In this document: positions 30,198-39,248 of the stretch, one piece after another | Numbering within the stretch: position 1 is the stretch's first letter | How the letters are laid out: the number at the start of each line of letters is the position of its first letter | Source of the DNA: a virus | Taxonomy: Duplodnaviria; Caudoviricetes | DNA length: 40,313 nucleotides | IMG/VR virus record: IMGVR_UViG_3300011338_000308 | Coordinates: 1-40,313 of that record | Strand: one strand, 5' to 3' | Notes under the pieces: generated by a model | Databases searched by the model: none | Told to the model about the DNA's origin: nothing | What the model saw: only the letters and a program-made list of their open reading frames with translations | Position numbers and translations under genes: made by a program

Positions 30198-30309
30198 GAC
30201 AATACCAATGACAGATGAATACGCTGCTCATTACTTTTATCAAATGGGTTGGATGGCTTGTCGTCTAGCATACAAACTAGAGGAAGAGAAAACCAATGTC
30301 AGTAACTGA
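30187..30309 (+). CDS. 40-aa hypothetical protein (not in ORF track)
   Basis: Fills the gap and overlaps both neighbours. Confidence 0.55.
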   Translation: MELKTIPMTDEYAAHYFYQMGWMACRLAYKLEEEKTNVSN

Positions 30310-31243
30310 CCCAAAAGAATTACTACTGACTGCTCTTAAGGCAGGGGACGCTAAGCGTTCACGATCTACTCAGGTACAGATCGGACCATCAGAGGTAGGT
30401 GGCTGTCGTCGTAAGGTGTGGTACAGACTTAACGACCAACCAGAAACTAATGACAACGAATTAAAGTTAGCTGCGATTATGGGTACTGCTATCCACGCAG
30501 AAATTGAAAAGGCGTTAGCAGATAACAAAGATGTTTTAATTGAAACAGAAGTTGAATACAACGGTATGAAAGCACACGTTGACTGCTTTGTACCTGGTAC
30601 TGGGGACGTGATTGACTGGAAGACAAGTAAGGTCCGGAACCTTTCTTACTTTCCATCATTGCAACAGCGGTGGCAGGTACAGCTTTATGGCTACCTCCTA
30701 GCAAATAACGGCTATGCGGTCAACCGAGTGTCACTGGTAGCAATAGCCAGGGACGGGGACGAACGCGATGTCAAGGTTCACACCGAAGACTACGATGAGT
30801 CCATTGCACTAGAGGCACTCGGTTGGCTAGCGGCTGTTAAGGAAGCAAAGGAAGCACCAGCTCCTGAGAAGGATGCAAGTTACTGTCGGCATTACTGCAA
30901 GTTCTATGACGCAAGTGGGCAGATGGGATGCGTTGGTCTAAAAAAAGAACTTACGTTAGTCAGTGATGTAATCATTGATGACGTTGATGTTGACAAGAAT
31001 GCATTGCTGTACTTACAGTTAGCAGCACAGATTAAAGATCTTGAGAAGCAACAAGACTCACTCAAGGCCAGCTTTGAAGGACTGCTCGGTGTTACACCTA
31101 GCGGTATCGAAGTAAGTTGGACAACTGTTAAAGGTCGAGAGACAGTTGACAGTAGCGAGGTAGAAAAACTACTTGGGTTTGTACCCAAGAAGGTAGGCGC
31201 TGAAAGCCAGCGACTATCAATTAAGCAAAGTGGAGGCAAGTAA
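30296..31243 (+). CDS. Cas4/RecB-like PD-(D/E)XK exonuclease
   Basis: C.R..W, GTAIH, HVD, DWKT, QVQLY; C-terminal C-x3-C-x9-C. Confidence 0.85.
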   Translation: MSVTDPKELLLTALKAGDAKRSRSTQVQIGPSEVGGCRRKVWYRLNDQPETNDNELKLAAIMGTAIHAEIEKALADNKDVLIETEVEYNGMKAHVDCFVPGTGDVIDWKTSKVRNLSYFPSLQQRWQVQLYGYLLANNGYAVNRVSLVAIARDGDERDVKVHTEDYDESIALEALGWLAAVKEAKEAPAPEKDASYCRHYCKFYDASGQMGCVGLKKELTLVSDVIIDDVDVDKNALLYLQLAAQIKDLEKQQDSLKASFEGLLGVTPSGIEVSWTTVKGRETVDSSEVEKLLGFVPKKVGAESQRLSIKQSGGK

Positions 31244-31244
31244 T

Positions 31245-31628
31245 ATGGCTACAGAAGGTACAAAGTTCCAGATCAATTACAAGTTAAATGATGGAACACT
31301 TATCAATCTTTATGCAGGATCAGTAACAGAATTAGAAGCAGGTCTTGCAGACCTTGCTATGAATGCAATGAACATCCGTGCAACAGGACTTGAACTATCA
31401 GGTGGATCAGCACCAGTTGCAGCAGCACCAACAGTTGCAGCAGTAGCTCAGCAATTTAATGCAACACCAGTTGCACAGACACCAGCTGCACCGCTTGCAG
31501 GTCACACCTGCCGTCACGGTGTGATGGCACTGCGTGAAGGAACATCAGCGCGAGGACCTTGGAAGGGCTATATGTGTGCTGCACCAAAGGGTGCAACAGA
31601 CAAGTGCGATACCATCTGGGTTCGATAA
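31245..31628 (+). CDS. Hypothetical protein with C-terminal Cys/His domain
   Basis: GGAGG RBS; CRHG...WKGYMC...C. Confidence 0.7.
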   Translation: MATEGTKFQINYKLNDGTLINLYAGSVTELEAGLADLAMNAMNIRATGLELSGGSAPVAAAPTVAAVAQQFNATPVAQTPAAPLAGHTCRHGVMALREGTSARGPWKGYMCAAPKGATDKCDTIWVR

Positions 31629-31901
31629 ATGCTACGGCGACCAGATGAATTTGAGTCGCCAAGTTGTGCAACAGTAGGTGGAGATTATTGGTTTCCTGAA
31701 CTAGAGTCAGGTGGCATTACTCAAGCAGAGGCAAGAGTAGCTAAGTCTATTTGCCATTCCTGTCCACACAAAGTTGAATGCGCTGAGTGGGGTATCTATA
31801 AAGAACGCTTCGGAATTTGGGGCGGTCTAACTGATATGGATAGACGACACATCAGGCGCTCAAGAGGTATCAGGATTAATGAGGAGGAGCAGAGTGCTTA
31901 A
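31629..31901 (+). CDS. whiB: WhiB-family transcription factor
   Basis: Four-Cys pattern (C...CHSC.....C) and FGIWGG turn. Confidence 0.92.
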   Translation: MLRRPDEFESPSCATVGGDYWFPELESGGITQAEARVAKSICHSCPHKVECAEWGIYKERFGIWGGLTDMDRRHIRRSRGIRINEEEQSA

Positions 31902-32745
31902 TCTATCCCGTGCGTGGGGCGGTGTGCTTACCAAAGCAACACCACTGCCCGACGTATGGACGGGCTTGGCAGCCAAACAGATTAAGTTCAGGCGTGGGCA
32001 AGTATGTATGGTTGCAGCAGCACCTAATGCTGGTAAGTCAATGTTCGCATTGATCTATGCAATCAAAGCAAAGGTGCCTACCTTATTCTTCTCAGCCGAT
32101 ACTGACACTACTACTGTGATGATGCGAGCAGCTTCGCATACATCAGGCCACTCACAGATAACTGTTGAGGCTAACTTGGCTAGCGATAGCCACTACTACG
32201 ACCATCACTTTCAAAAGATCGACCACATCAAGTGGGTCTTTGATTCATCACCTTCAATAGATGACCTTGAGTTAGAGATCAGGGCTTACGTAGAACTCTA
32301 CGGCGAGGCACCTGAACTCATCATCATCGATAACCTAATGAACGTGGCAGCAGAGACAGACAATGAATGGTCAGGGCTGCGTGCAATTATGATGGAGTTG
32401 CACGATATGGCACGTAAGACTGAAGCCTGCGTAATGGTATTGCACCACGTCTCTGAGCAGTCAGAGTATGGATCCCCAAGCAAGCCACCTGCCAGACGTG
32501 CTATCCACGGAAAGGTCAGTCAGTTACCTGCACTGATACTTACACTGGGCTACGATCCCAACCAAGCAACACTGGCAGTTGCTGCTGTGAAGAATCGTTT
32601 TGGTCCACACACAGCAGATGCCTCCGATTATGCACAACTGCTAGTAAACTATGCAGCGTGTCAGATCGGTGACCAAGATGAATATGGCTGGATGTATCGC
32701 AAGGATGCACTGGCTGGATACCAGGGAGGGTACAACGTTGGCTAA
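31894..32745 (+). CDS. DnaB/RecA-like ATPase (helicase motor domain only)
   Basis: AAPNAGKS, LIIIDNL, VLHH, VKNRFGP. Confidence 0.82.
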   Translation: MLNLSRAWGGVLTKATPLPDVWTGLAAKQIKFRRGQVCMVAAAPNAGKSMFALIYAIKAKVPTLFFSADTDTTTVMMRAASHTSGHSQITVEANLASDSHYYDHHFQKIDHIKWVFDSSPSIDDLELEIRAYVELYGEAPELIIIDNLMNVAAETDNEWSGLRAIMMELHDMARKTEACVMVLHHVSEQSEYGSPSKPPARRAIHGKVSQLPALILTLGYDPNQATLAVAAVKNRFGPHTADASDYAQLLVNYAACQIGDQDEYGWMYRKDALAGYQGGYNVG

Positions 32746-32902
32746 TACAGAGATGCAGTATGTAAAGAACCGCATTCAGAAATTGGAGAAGGACTTTGCA
32801 GCCTTTGCATCCCTCCTTATCCAAGCAGGTATCGTCGAGGTCAAAGAAGAAGATGGCGTGCAAGTCTATGCAGTCAACAAGGTTGCACTAGATGGCAAAT
32901 AA
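32738..32902 (+). CDS. Small coiled-coil hypothetical protein
   Basis: GGAGGG RBS before TTG 32738. Confidence 0.6.
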   Translation: MANTEMQYVKNRIQKLEKDFAAFASLLIQAGIVEVKEEDGVQVYAVNKVALDGK

Positions 32903-33242
32903 GAACGGACGCAAGGGTTCTCAGTTCGAGACAGATGTTATGAAGTGGCTCCGCAATGCTGGAGTTATGGCAGAACGTTTGACAAAAGCTGGGGCAAAGG
33001 ATGAGGGAGATATGGTTGTTATCATATCTGGAGAAACCTACATCCTTGAATTAAAGAACAGGCAGACGCTATCTCTGCCGGAGTTCTGGAGAGAAGCGCA
33101 AGTTGAGGCGCTTAACTACGCAAAGGCTAGAGGTCTTGGGGAAGTGCCTCTTTCCTACGTTGTAGTTAAGCGTCGCAACGCTTCAATAGATCAGGCTTGG
33201 GTTATCCAAGACTTAACACAATGGCTGAAGGAGAAGCAATGA
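32892..33242 (+). CDS. Holliday-junction-resolvase-like PD-(D/E)XK nuclease
   Basis: KG..FE..V, D.GD, ELKN. Confidence 0.75.
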   Translation: MANKNGRKGSQFETDVMKWLRNAGVMAERLTKAGAKDEGDMVVIISGETYILELKNRQTLSLPEFWREAQVEALNYAKARGLGEVPLSYVVVKRRNASIDQAWVIQDLTQWLKEKQ

Positions 33243-33490
33243 GTAGATGGGGATATACACCGATTGAAAACATTGCCTTTACATTACAAAACATAGCAAA
33301 AATACTAGAGAGAATAGAGAATAAAATGCCAGTACCAGGTGGAGAAATCACAACAACAGAACTATGGCAACAGCCAACACCAGAAGTTGTCGAAGAGTTT
33401 GACGAGGATCAAGCAGCATACGATGCAGCAATGGCTGATGCAATTGAAGAGGCTAAGGACAAGGTTAATGATCTGCCAAAATTGTCATAA
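33239..33490 (+). CDS. Hypothetical protein
   Basis: AAGGAG RBS, ATGA overlap. Confidence 0.6.
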   Translation: MSRWGYTPIENIAFTLQNIAKILERIENKMPVPGGEITTTELWQQPTPEVVEEFDEDQAAYDAAMADAIEEAKDKVNDLPKLS

Positions 33491-33635
33491 AGCTGGAGAA
33501 GAGAACAAGGCAAGCCACTTCAAGCGTGCTGCTGCGTGGCACTATAAGTGCGATGATAAGGGGTGCGTATGTCAACACAAGACTGGTCCAGGTCACACAA
33601 GAGTAACCGCATCCAAGCAAACACAATTCCAATAG
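33468..33635 (+). CDS. Small Cys/His-rich protein
   Basis: MICQNC...HYKC....CVCQH. Confidence 0.55.
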   Translation: MICQNCHKAGEENKASHFKRAAAWHYKCDDKGCVCQHKTGPGHTRVTASKQTQFQ

Positions 33636-33937
33636 AACCAATCGTAAGTTTCTTCGGCGGTGAAACAAGAGGTGGCACCGGTGAGATAAGAGTCAAGTGC
33701 TTGATGCACAATGACTCACACAGATCTGCCTCAATGAACGTAGATACCAACCTTTACTACTGTCAGACCTGTGGTAAAGGTGGCAATGCAGTCAACATAG
33801 TCTGCATCCTAGAGAACTTGGAGTTTATAGATGGCCTCAAACGTGCAGTCGAAATTGCTTCTGGAAGCGGCGCAGCGATACGCACAGGCAATAAGTCCAG
33901 AGGTGCTAGACGTGCTAGCCGCACGTGGGATATCTGA
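33569..33937 (+). CDS. Primase zinc-finger (CHC2) module
   Basis: CLMHND...S...YYCQTCGKGGNA. Confidence 0.82.
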   Translation: MSTQDWSRSHKSNRIQANTIPIEPIVSFFGGETRGGTGEIRVKCLMHNDSHRSASMNVDTNLYYCQTCGKGGNAVNIVCILENLEFIDGLKRAVEIASGSGAAIRTGNKSRGARRASRTWDI

Positions 33938-34481
33938 ATTAGTTGCAGCTAAGTTTCAACTAGGTACAGTTACCCAGCCACACAATGGTCACGAGATGCA
34001 CGTTGGTTGGCTGTCTATTCCATACATCACTGCCAGTGGTAGTTGTGTGGGCTTTAAGTTTCGACGCATAGATGATGGCAAGCCTAAGTACGGTAGCCCA
34101 ACAGGGCAGAAAGCACACCTGTATAACGTATGCGACATCACCATTGACTCACCACACATCGTGGTCTGCGAAGGTGAGTTAGATGCAGTAGTAACTAGCG
34201 GTGTACTTGGCATCCCAGCAGTGGGTGTGCCAGGGGTAGCTGCTTGGAAGCCACACTTTCCCAAACTATTTAATGGTTATGAAACTATCTATGTTGTTGG
34301 TGATAATGACATCAAAGAGGATGGGTCTAACCCTGGAGCTGAGTTTGCTAAGCGTGTTGCTAACGAGGTAATGAACTCAGTTATTGTTACACTACCACCA
34401 GGTATGGACATCAACGACTACTACCTAGCACACGGGGCAGATGCCACACGTGCTTTGCTAGTAGGTGAGCAGATTGGATAA
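33831..34481 (+). CDS. Primase TOPRIM module
   Basis: LAARG, PKY, CEGELD, GDND, DIND. Confidence 0.85.
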   Translation: MASNVQSKLLLEAAQRYAQAISPEVLDVLAARGISELVAAKFQLGTVTQPHNGHEMHVGWLSIPYITASGSCVGFKFRRIDDGKPKYGSPTGQKAHLYNVCDITIDSPHIVVCEGELDAVVTSGVLGIPAVGVPGVAAWKPHFPKLFNGYETIYVVGDNDIKEDGSNPGAEFAKRVANEVMNSVIVTLPPGMDINDYYLAHGADATRALLVGEQIG

Positions 34482-34487
34482 GGCTGA

Positions 34488-34877
34488 ATGGTCACAGATG
34501 GTACAGATTTTGCAGCATATGGGCTTTCAGATCCTAGAGATCAATATGGAAACCGAGACTTTGTTAGTGCGTCCGACCCCAGCAAGGTAGACGAGGCGTT
34601 CATTGCAGATGTCTGGCGTATTATGGATCAGGCTGGCAACTTACTGGTGCGTAAGCATCACGACTACGGCCCAAAGAACATTGCTCACTCACCAGGTGGA
34701 CCACTTAATGGTTTGCGTGTACGTATGTGGGACAAGATAGCTCGCATCAATAACTTACTTGATAGCGGTGTGCAACCCAGCAACGAGTCATTGCGTGACT
34801 CCTTCTTAGACTTACTGAACTACTCAGCTATCGCAATGATGGTGCTAGATGGTGTGTGGCCAGAAGTAAATGACTGA
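34488..34877 (+). CDS. Nucleotide-modification-associated domain 1 (DUF1599-like) protein; start uncertain
   Basis: KHHDYG, R.WDKIARI.NL, ESLRDSFLDLLNYS. Confidence 0.75.
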   Translation: MVTDGTDFAAYGLSDPRDQYGNRDFVSASDPSKVDEAFIADVWRIMDQAGNLLVRKHHDYGPKNIAHSPGGPLNGLRVRMWDKIARINNLLDSGVQPSNESLRDSFLDLLNYSAIAMMVLDGVWPEVND

Positions 34878-35502
34878 ACTACATCCAGTCGTCTATGACT
34901 TGGTACCTTCGGTAGCTGGAACTATCTACCGCAGGTACAAGAACTACGTCGAACGTGATGACATCAAGCAAGAGTGTATGGCTTGGGCTATGACACGCAA
35001 CGCTTACATCACTGAGCAGTTGAATGAACCCAATGAAGAGCGACGCAGGCACAACGAGCAGCGCATTGCATACCAGATGCGACGTGTAGCAGAGCGCTAT
35101 GCACGCAAGGAGAAGGCTTCTAAGTCTGGCTATCAGACTACAGATGAGGCTTACTACGAGTCAGCTGGTATCGGACAGTTACTACCCTTTGTTATTGCAT
35201 CAGTCATTGATGGCACAGTATTAGAACAGGTACAACAAATGGTGCAGGACGGACAACCGAAGGGTAAGTCCAGTCCAGCAGAAGGTGGCAACCTACTAGC
35301 AACTCTTATCGACATCAAGCGTGGGTACCTGTCACTAGATGAGGACGAGCAGAAGTTACTACGCCTTCGCCACCACGAGAGCGCTACCCTGCAACAGATT
35401 GCAGCGGTGATGGAGTGTGCAGTATCAACAGCAGATCGCAGATGCAACAACGCTATGCGTAAGTTGATTGAACAGCTCGGAGGGCAGAGTCCGTGGCAAT
35501 GA
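34870..35502 (+). CDS. Sigma-70-like factor (region 2-like plus region 4 HTH)
   Basis: ERDDIKQE; L...EQKLLRLR....TLQQIA..ME...ST..RR...A.RKL. Confidence 0.72.
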   Translation: MTELHPVVYDLVPSVAGTIYRRYKNYVERDDIKQECMAWAMTRNAYITEQLNEPNEERRRHNEQRIAYQMRRVAERYARKEKASKSGYQTTDEAYYESAGIGQLLPFVIASVIDGTVLEQVQQMVQDGQPKGKSSPAEGGNLLATLIDIKRGYLSLDEDEQKLLRLRHHESATLQQIAAVMECAVSTADRRCNNAMRKLIEQLGGQSPWQ

Positions 35503-35882
35503 AAGAACAAGACCTGTTCGACTACTTAAAGTCTAGTTTGTATCCAGATTTAGAGAAGGCACCTGGCATCTATGATGCCTTTGACTGCATCAGTACTACC
35601 GCCGGTCACTACATAGAATTGAAGTGTCGTTATACTCACTACGATACCTTGCTGATTGAAGAGATGAAGTATCGCAAGTTGATAACGCAGGCTGCTGAGC
35701 GAGATCTTATCCCGTTCTACATCAACTCGACACCGAAGGGTGTCTTTTCTTTTGACCTGATGGATGTACCTGAACCTGAATGGTTTACTCATAAGATGCC
35801 AGCGACTACTGAGTTCTCACGCAACAATAAGATTGATAAATTAGTAGGCTACTTACCGATTGATGAGGCGGTGCAGTTATGA
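35499..35882 (+). CDS. PD-(D/E)XK-like nuclease
   Basis: FDC...IELKCR. Confidence 0.55.
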   Translation: MKEQDLFDYLKSSLYPDLEKAPGIYDAFDCISTTAGHYIELKCRYTHYDTLLIEEMKYRKLITQAAERDLIPFYINSTPKGVFSFDLMDVPEPEWFTHKMPATTEFSRNNKIDKLVGYLPIDEAVQL

Positions 35883-36052
35883 TCTATGACTACAAGTGTC
35901 CACAGTGTGCAGCAGTACTGTCTGTTGAGCGCAGTATCCACGAGACACCCAAGCCACCTGCTTGCGTGCCGTGTCACGTTACTATGACTCGTATCTATGA
36001 AGCACCAAGCGTGCAGTTTAAGGGAGCAGGGTTCTACTCCAATGGCGGATAA
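35879..36052 (+). CDS. FmdB-family zinc-ribbon protein (not in ORF track)
   Basis: MIYDYKCPQC...CVPC...FKGAGFYS. Confidence 0.8.
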   Translation: MIYDYKCPQCAAVLSVERSIHETPKPPACVPCHVTMTRIYEAPSVQFKGAGFYSNGG

Positions 36053-36605
36053 GTTTCCAGACTGGTTTAGCATCACAGCTAAGCCTAACTTTGAGCAGTT
36101 CCTAATTCCGTTAGCGGGTGTGGATAATTTGACCTTCCTGCAACTGGGTGCATACACCGGTGATGCCAGCCTATGGATGTTAGACAACGTACTGACCGGT
36201 CATAACTCCATACTGATTGACGTTGATACTTGGCAAGGTAGCGATGAAGAGGTGCATCATTCAATGGACTTCTCAGAAGTTGAGTCAGTCTATGATGCCA
36301 AGATCAAGGGCAGGGCATCTAAGAATAAGATGACCACAGTTGATTACCTGCTACGCAATAGCTTCGAGTATGACTTTGTCTATGTAGATGCAGACCACAC
36401 CGCTGCCTCTGCCTTAATAGATGCTGAACTAGCGTGGCAGTATCTAAAGCCTAACGGCATCCTTGCCTTTGATGATTACACCTGGGGTTCTCACCTACCT
36501 GCACACCTTGCACCTAAGCTGGGTGTTAATCTGTTTATCCACCGCTATCAAGGTAAGTTTGAAAACCTTATAGTTAATGGACAAGTGTGGTTGCGTAAGC
36601 TATGA
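36042..36605 (+). CDS. Class I SAM-dependent methyltransferase (Methyltransf_24-like)
   Basis: LQLGAYTG.AS, VDTW, YDFVYVDADH, LKPNGILAFDDY. Confidence 0.85.
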   Translation: MADKFPDWFSITAKPNFEQFLIPLAGVDNLTFLQLGAYTGDASLWMLDNVLTGHNSILIDVDTWQGSDEEVHHSMDFSEVESVYDAKIKGRASKNKMTTVDYLLRNSFEYDFVYVDADHTAASALIDAELAWQYLKPNGILAFDDYTWGSHLPAHLAPKLGVNLFIHRYQGKFENLIVNGQVWLRKL

Positions 36606-37072
36606 CAGAAGGGTTCTACAAAACTGATACTTTCAAAACCTCCAACGATGATACGTGGACTACACCACGTGCTTTCTTCGAGCGATACAACAACACGTTT
36701 AATTTTTCTTTGGACGCAGCAGCATTGCAATCATCCACTCTCGTACCCGACAACTGGTACGGACCCGACCATCCTGAGTCAACGCGTAGAGATGCGTTTC
36801 GTAATGACTGGGCTAGCGATAGTAACGGTGGGGCAGTGTGGCTCAACCCACCCTACGGACGCACGATCAAAGATTGGGTTGCTAAAGCAGAAGCTGAAAG
36901 CAAGAAGGGATGCACGGTGGTACTGCTGGTTCCCTCCCGAACTGACACTTCCTGGTGGCACGAGCATTGCATTACGCATCAAATCGAATTCATTAGAGGT
37001 CGCCTCAAGTTTGGGGACCAGCGTAATTCAGCTCCCTTCCCGTCGGCAGTTGTAATTATGAAACCCATTTGA
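36602..37072 (+). CDS. Phage DNA N6-adenine methyltransferase
   Basis: WTTP, LDAAA, WLNPPY, PSRTDT.WW, RGRLKF. Confidence 0.9.
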   Translation: MTEGFYKTDTFKTSNDDTWTTPRAFFERYNNTFNFSLDAAALQSSTLVPDNWYGPDHPESTRRDAFRNDWASDSNGGAVWLNPPYGRTIKDWVAKAEAESKKGCTVVLLVPSRTDTSWWHEHCITHQIEFIRGRLKFGDQRNSAPFPSAVVIMKPI

Positions 37073-37119
37073 TACTCTTATGCTACGAGGCAGGCAACCG
37101 CCTGTTGAGTGCTAGCAAG

Positions 37120-37155
37120 AAGCCCCCGCCAGTTACGGCGAGGGCTTTTTGTTTT
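37120..37155 (+). terminator. Terminator between convergent arms, possibly bidirectional
   Basis: AAGCCC..CGCC / GGCG..GGGCTT stem plus T-tract. Confidence 0.75.
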
Positions 37156-37185
37156 GCTAGGAAAGGGTTAAAAACCTAGCAATCC

Positions 37186-37617
37186 TTAGTACCAACCGAC
37201 TCGATCTGAGTGTCGTTTAGCGCTACAGAAACTGCCTCGATAGCGGTGTTCAACGTATCGTATAGCGTGAAGGATTTGTAATTCAGGCTCTCCACTACGC
37301 TCTCTAAGGAGCTGAGCAATTCCGAAAGCTGAGCTAGTTGGTTTACCCGCAGAGTTTCTTGGGCGAGCAAGGTGGTCGAACCTGGACTCACGGGTCCATA
37401 GTATGACCGCACACTCTCTCTGATGTGCGTTGTAACCGAGTGCTTTGAGGTAACTAATTGCAAGTGCTTTGTTTTCACGCTTCTCCTCCATTGTTGCCTT
37501 CGTCCGCTCCCGCATCTCCGGGATCTGCAATGGCAGGTGTGTTGTTCGCTCTGGTATGAATACCCACAGTAAGCCTACTATTACTGCTAATAACCCAAGT
37601 CTTGCCCTCTTGCTCAT
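37186..37617 (-). CDS. Membrane-anchored lytic-transglycosylase-like (lysozyme-fold) protein
   Basis: N-terminal TM; LWTRES, SSAFGIAQ, QI....RY...RY, terminal WY. Confidence 0.75.
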   Translation of the reverse strand: MSKRARLGLLAVIVGLLWVFIPERTTHLPLQIPEMRERTKATMEEKRENKALAISYLKALGYNAHQRECAVILWTRESRFDHLARPRNSAGKPTSSAFGIAQLLRERSGEPELQILHAIRYVEHRYRGSFCSAKRHSDRVGWY

Positions 37618-37756
37618 CAAAACTCCTTTGTTCATCAAGCAACTGCTTGTATGTGTCTGGATACAGGTGAGCTAGGCGAACGAGTGCCTTGTCTCTTGCT
37701 CTCCGGTAATTGCGGTAATGAATTGCTTGCTTGCCACTAACCTCTTTACTCTCCAT
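37475..37756 (-). CDS. Hypothetical protein overlapping the transglycosylase 5' end
   Basis: GGAGG RBS; basic helix YRNYRRARDKAL. Confidence 0.55.
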   Translation of the reverse strand: MESKEVSGKQAIHYRNYRRARDKALVRLAHLYPDTYKQLLDEQRSFDEQEGKTWVISSNSRLTVGIHTRANNTPAIADPGDAGADEGNNGGEA

Positions 37757-37829
37757 TGATCTTGTCCTCCCACACTATAAGAGCGTATGCTACCAGCATC
37801 ACCACGAGCAGACCTAATACGTAGCTCAT
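37746..37829 (-). CDS. 27-aa single-TM peptide (not in ORF track)
   Basis: MSYVLGLLVVMLVAYALIVWEDKINGE; ATGA overlap. Confidence 0.55.
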   Translation of the reverse strand: MSYVLGLLVVMLVAYALIVWEDKINGE

Positions 37830-38104
37830 AAGCTCGCTGCCCTTACTATCTCGGTGATGTCTAAGGTCTGACCTACAAGGTGAGCATCCTCTTCGTCGCT
37901 ATCCCACGCTGATACTAGGATACGACTACCGCTAGGGGAATTGACTAGCCATTGGATAGCCTGCTCAGCGTTAGCCCCGCCCCACGTGTTATCGCCATCC
38001 TTCTCTACTACCTCATAGAATAGGATCAGCTCGCTCTTAGGCGGGTGTATGGTATAGATGTTACTGTCCGGATAGTGCGCTTTAGTAATAAACTCTTTAC
38101 TCAT
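37826..38104 (-). CDS. Hypothetical early protein
   Basis: ORF packing. Confidence 0.6.
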   Translation of the reverse strand: MSKEFITKAHYPDSNIYTIHPPKSELILFYEVVEKDGDNTWGGANAEQAIQWLVNSPSGSRILVSAWDSDEEDAHLVGQTLDITEIVRAASL

Positions 38105-38213
38105 TGTCGTACCACCCATACCCACAGCCATAGCGGTTAGCGCATTGATCTAAACCTGATACTTTGTCGTAACTTAGTACTCCAGCGTTACAATCTGGAC
38201 ATAATTTACTCAC
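38097..38213 (-). CDS. 38-aa Zn-ribbon-like peptide (not in ORF track)
   Basis: CPDC...C.....C; GAGGA RBS. Confidence 0.5.
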   Translation of the reverse strand: MSKLCPDCNAGVLSYDKVSGLDQCANRYGCGYGWYDNE

Positions 38214-38367
38214 TCTCGTCCTCACTCTCTAACCCGAATAGGCGTGACATAGCTGAGTTAGCACGCTGTAAATTCTTAATAGCCCGTGCTATGTCCTGCG
38301 CCTGTAGATCCTTCTCTGCTTGATTGATACATAGATCAAACTTAGCCTTTAGATACTCTTCATTCAT
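38206..38367 (-). CDS. Hypothetical early protein
   Basis: GAGGGAGA RBS. Confidence 0.6.
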   Translation of the reverse strand: MNEEYLKAKFDLCINQAEKDLQAQDIARAIKNLQRANSAMSRLFGLESEDESE

Positions 38368-38524
38368 TACTCTCTCCCTCGCTAGTGGGTAGTACTCTGC
38401 CCTTGAATTCGCTACTAATTGCCTTGACATCATCCTCACCTGTAAAGATGTAGTCCCAATCCCATTTACGGGGATCTCCGTCATAGGTATCTATCTCTAG
38501 TGTTACTAGCCACTTATCTTTCAT
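38360..38524 (-). CDS. Hypothetical early protein
   Basis: GAGGG RBS, ATGA overlap. Confidence 0.6.
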   Translation of the reverse strand: MKDKWLVTLEIDTYDGDPRKWDWDYIFTGEDDVKAISSEFKGRVLPTSEGESNE

Positions 38525-38748
38525 ATGTCTGCCCTCGCCATCAACCACTCATCAGCTAAGTGTAAGGTAATAGCCTTACCCGCCTCTCCCATAGCTGCCA
38601 TTAAAGTACCGGCTACGCCAGCTCCCTCAATTATGCAGTTACCGCTAGTGTCTAGTAGGTCTACTATCCACGCTCTCTCGCTCTCGCTCTCCATATCCTC
38701 ATACTCTCGGATACTTATGCGATAGATACTCTCGCTCAATTCGATCAT
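38521..38748 (-). CDS. Hypothetical early protein
   Basis: GGAGAGG RBS, TAATG coupling. Confidence 0.6.
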   Translation of the reverse strand: MIELSESIYRISIREYEDMESESERAWIVDLLDTSGNCIIEGAGVAGTLMAAMGEAGKAITLHLADEWLMARADI

Positions 38749-38897
38749 TACGCTACCTCTCCCTTATAATTGTCCACTTTATGTATTAGATCTATAACAT
38801 AGTTACGAGTAGCAACATCACCCTCTTTATCTAAGATGTCTTGATACTCCTCTAATGCAAAAATAATTGTGCCGTACTCTTTATCGGTTAGTTTCAT
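38748..38897 (-). CDS. 49-aa hypothetical early protein (not in ORF track)
   Basis: MKLTDKEYG...KGEVA; fills the gap exactly. Confidence 0.6.
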   Translation of the reverse strand: MKLTDKEYGTIIFALEEYQDILDKEGDVATRNYVIDLIHKVDNYKGEVA

Positions 38898-39143
38898 TTA
38901 CTTTCCCTCGCTCTCATCTAGTAGCTGCTTTACTTGGTCGCAGATCTCCTCAGACCCGCAGACTTGCCAAAATTCTGCCTTTTCTGCTCGTCTAATAGCT
39001 TGCGACCATAGGTCATCACTTATGGTGACTCCCTCGTCACTATCAAAAGAGGTTTCCGCGTACTCTTTATCCCAATAAGCAACCAACAATTCATCATCAG
39101 GCTTGTAACTCTTTAGCTGCTCTAATAACTCGCTTACTTTCAC
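38898..39143 (-). CDS. Acidic hypothetical early protein
   Basis: AAGGGAGA RBS before GTG 39143. Confidence 0.65.
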   Translation of the reverse strand: MKVSELLEQLKSYKPDDELLVAYWDKEYAETSFDSDEGVTISDDLWSQAIRRAEKAEFWQVCGSEEICDQVKQLLDESEGK

Positions 39144-39248
39144 TTTACTTTCTCCCTTATTAGTTGTGAGGCGATCTACCTCTCGCCCTCTCCCGCCACC
39201 ACCGGCGGGAAAGGGTAACAAGCATACCGATTTATTGCGTACTCTACC

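Noticed and set aside
30296-31243. Cas4-like gene as evidence of a CRISPR system
   Set aside because: No repeat-spacer array or other cas genes; solo Cas4-like nucleases are common in phages
35997-36041. Longer N-terminus for the methyltransferase
   Set aside because: Overlaps the FmdB-like gene; ATG 36042 fits better
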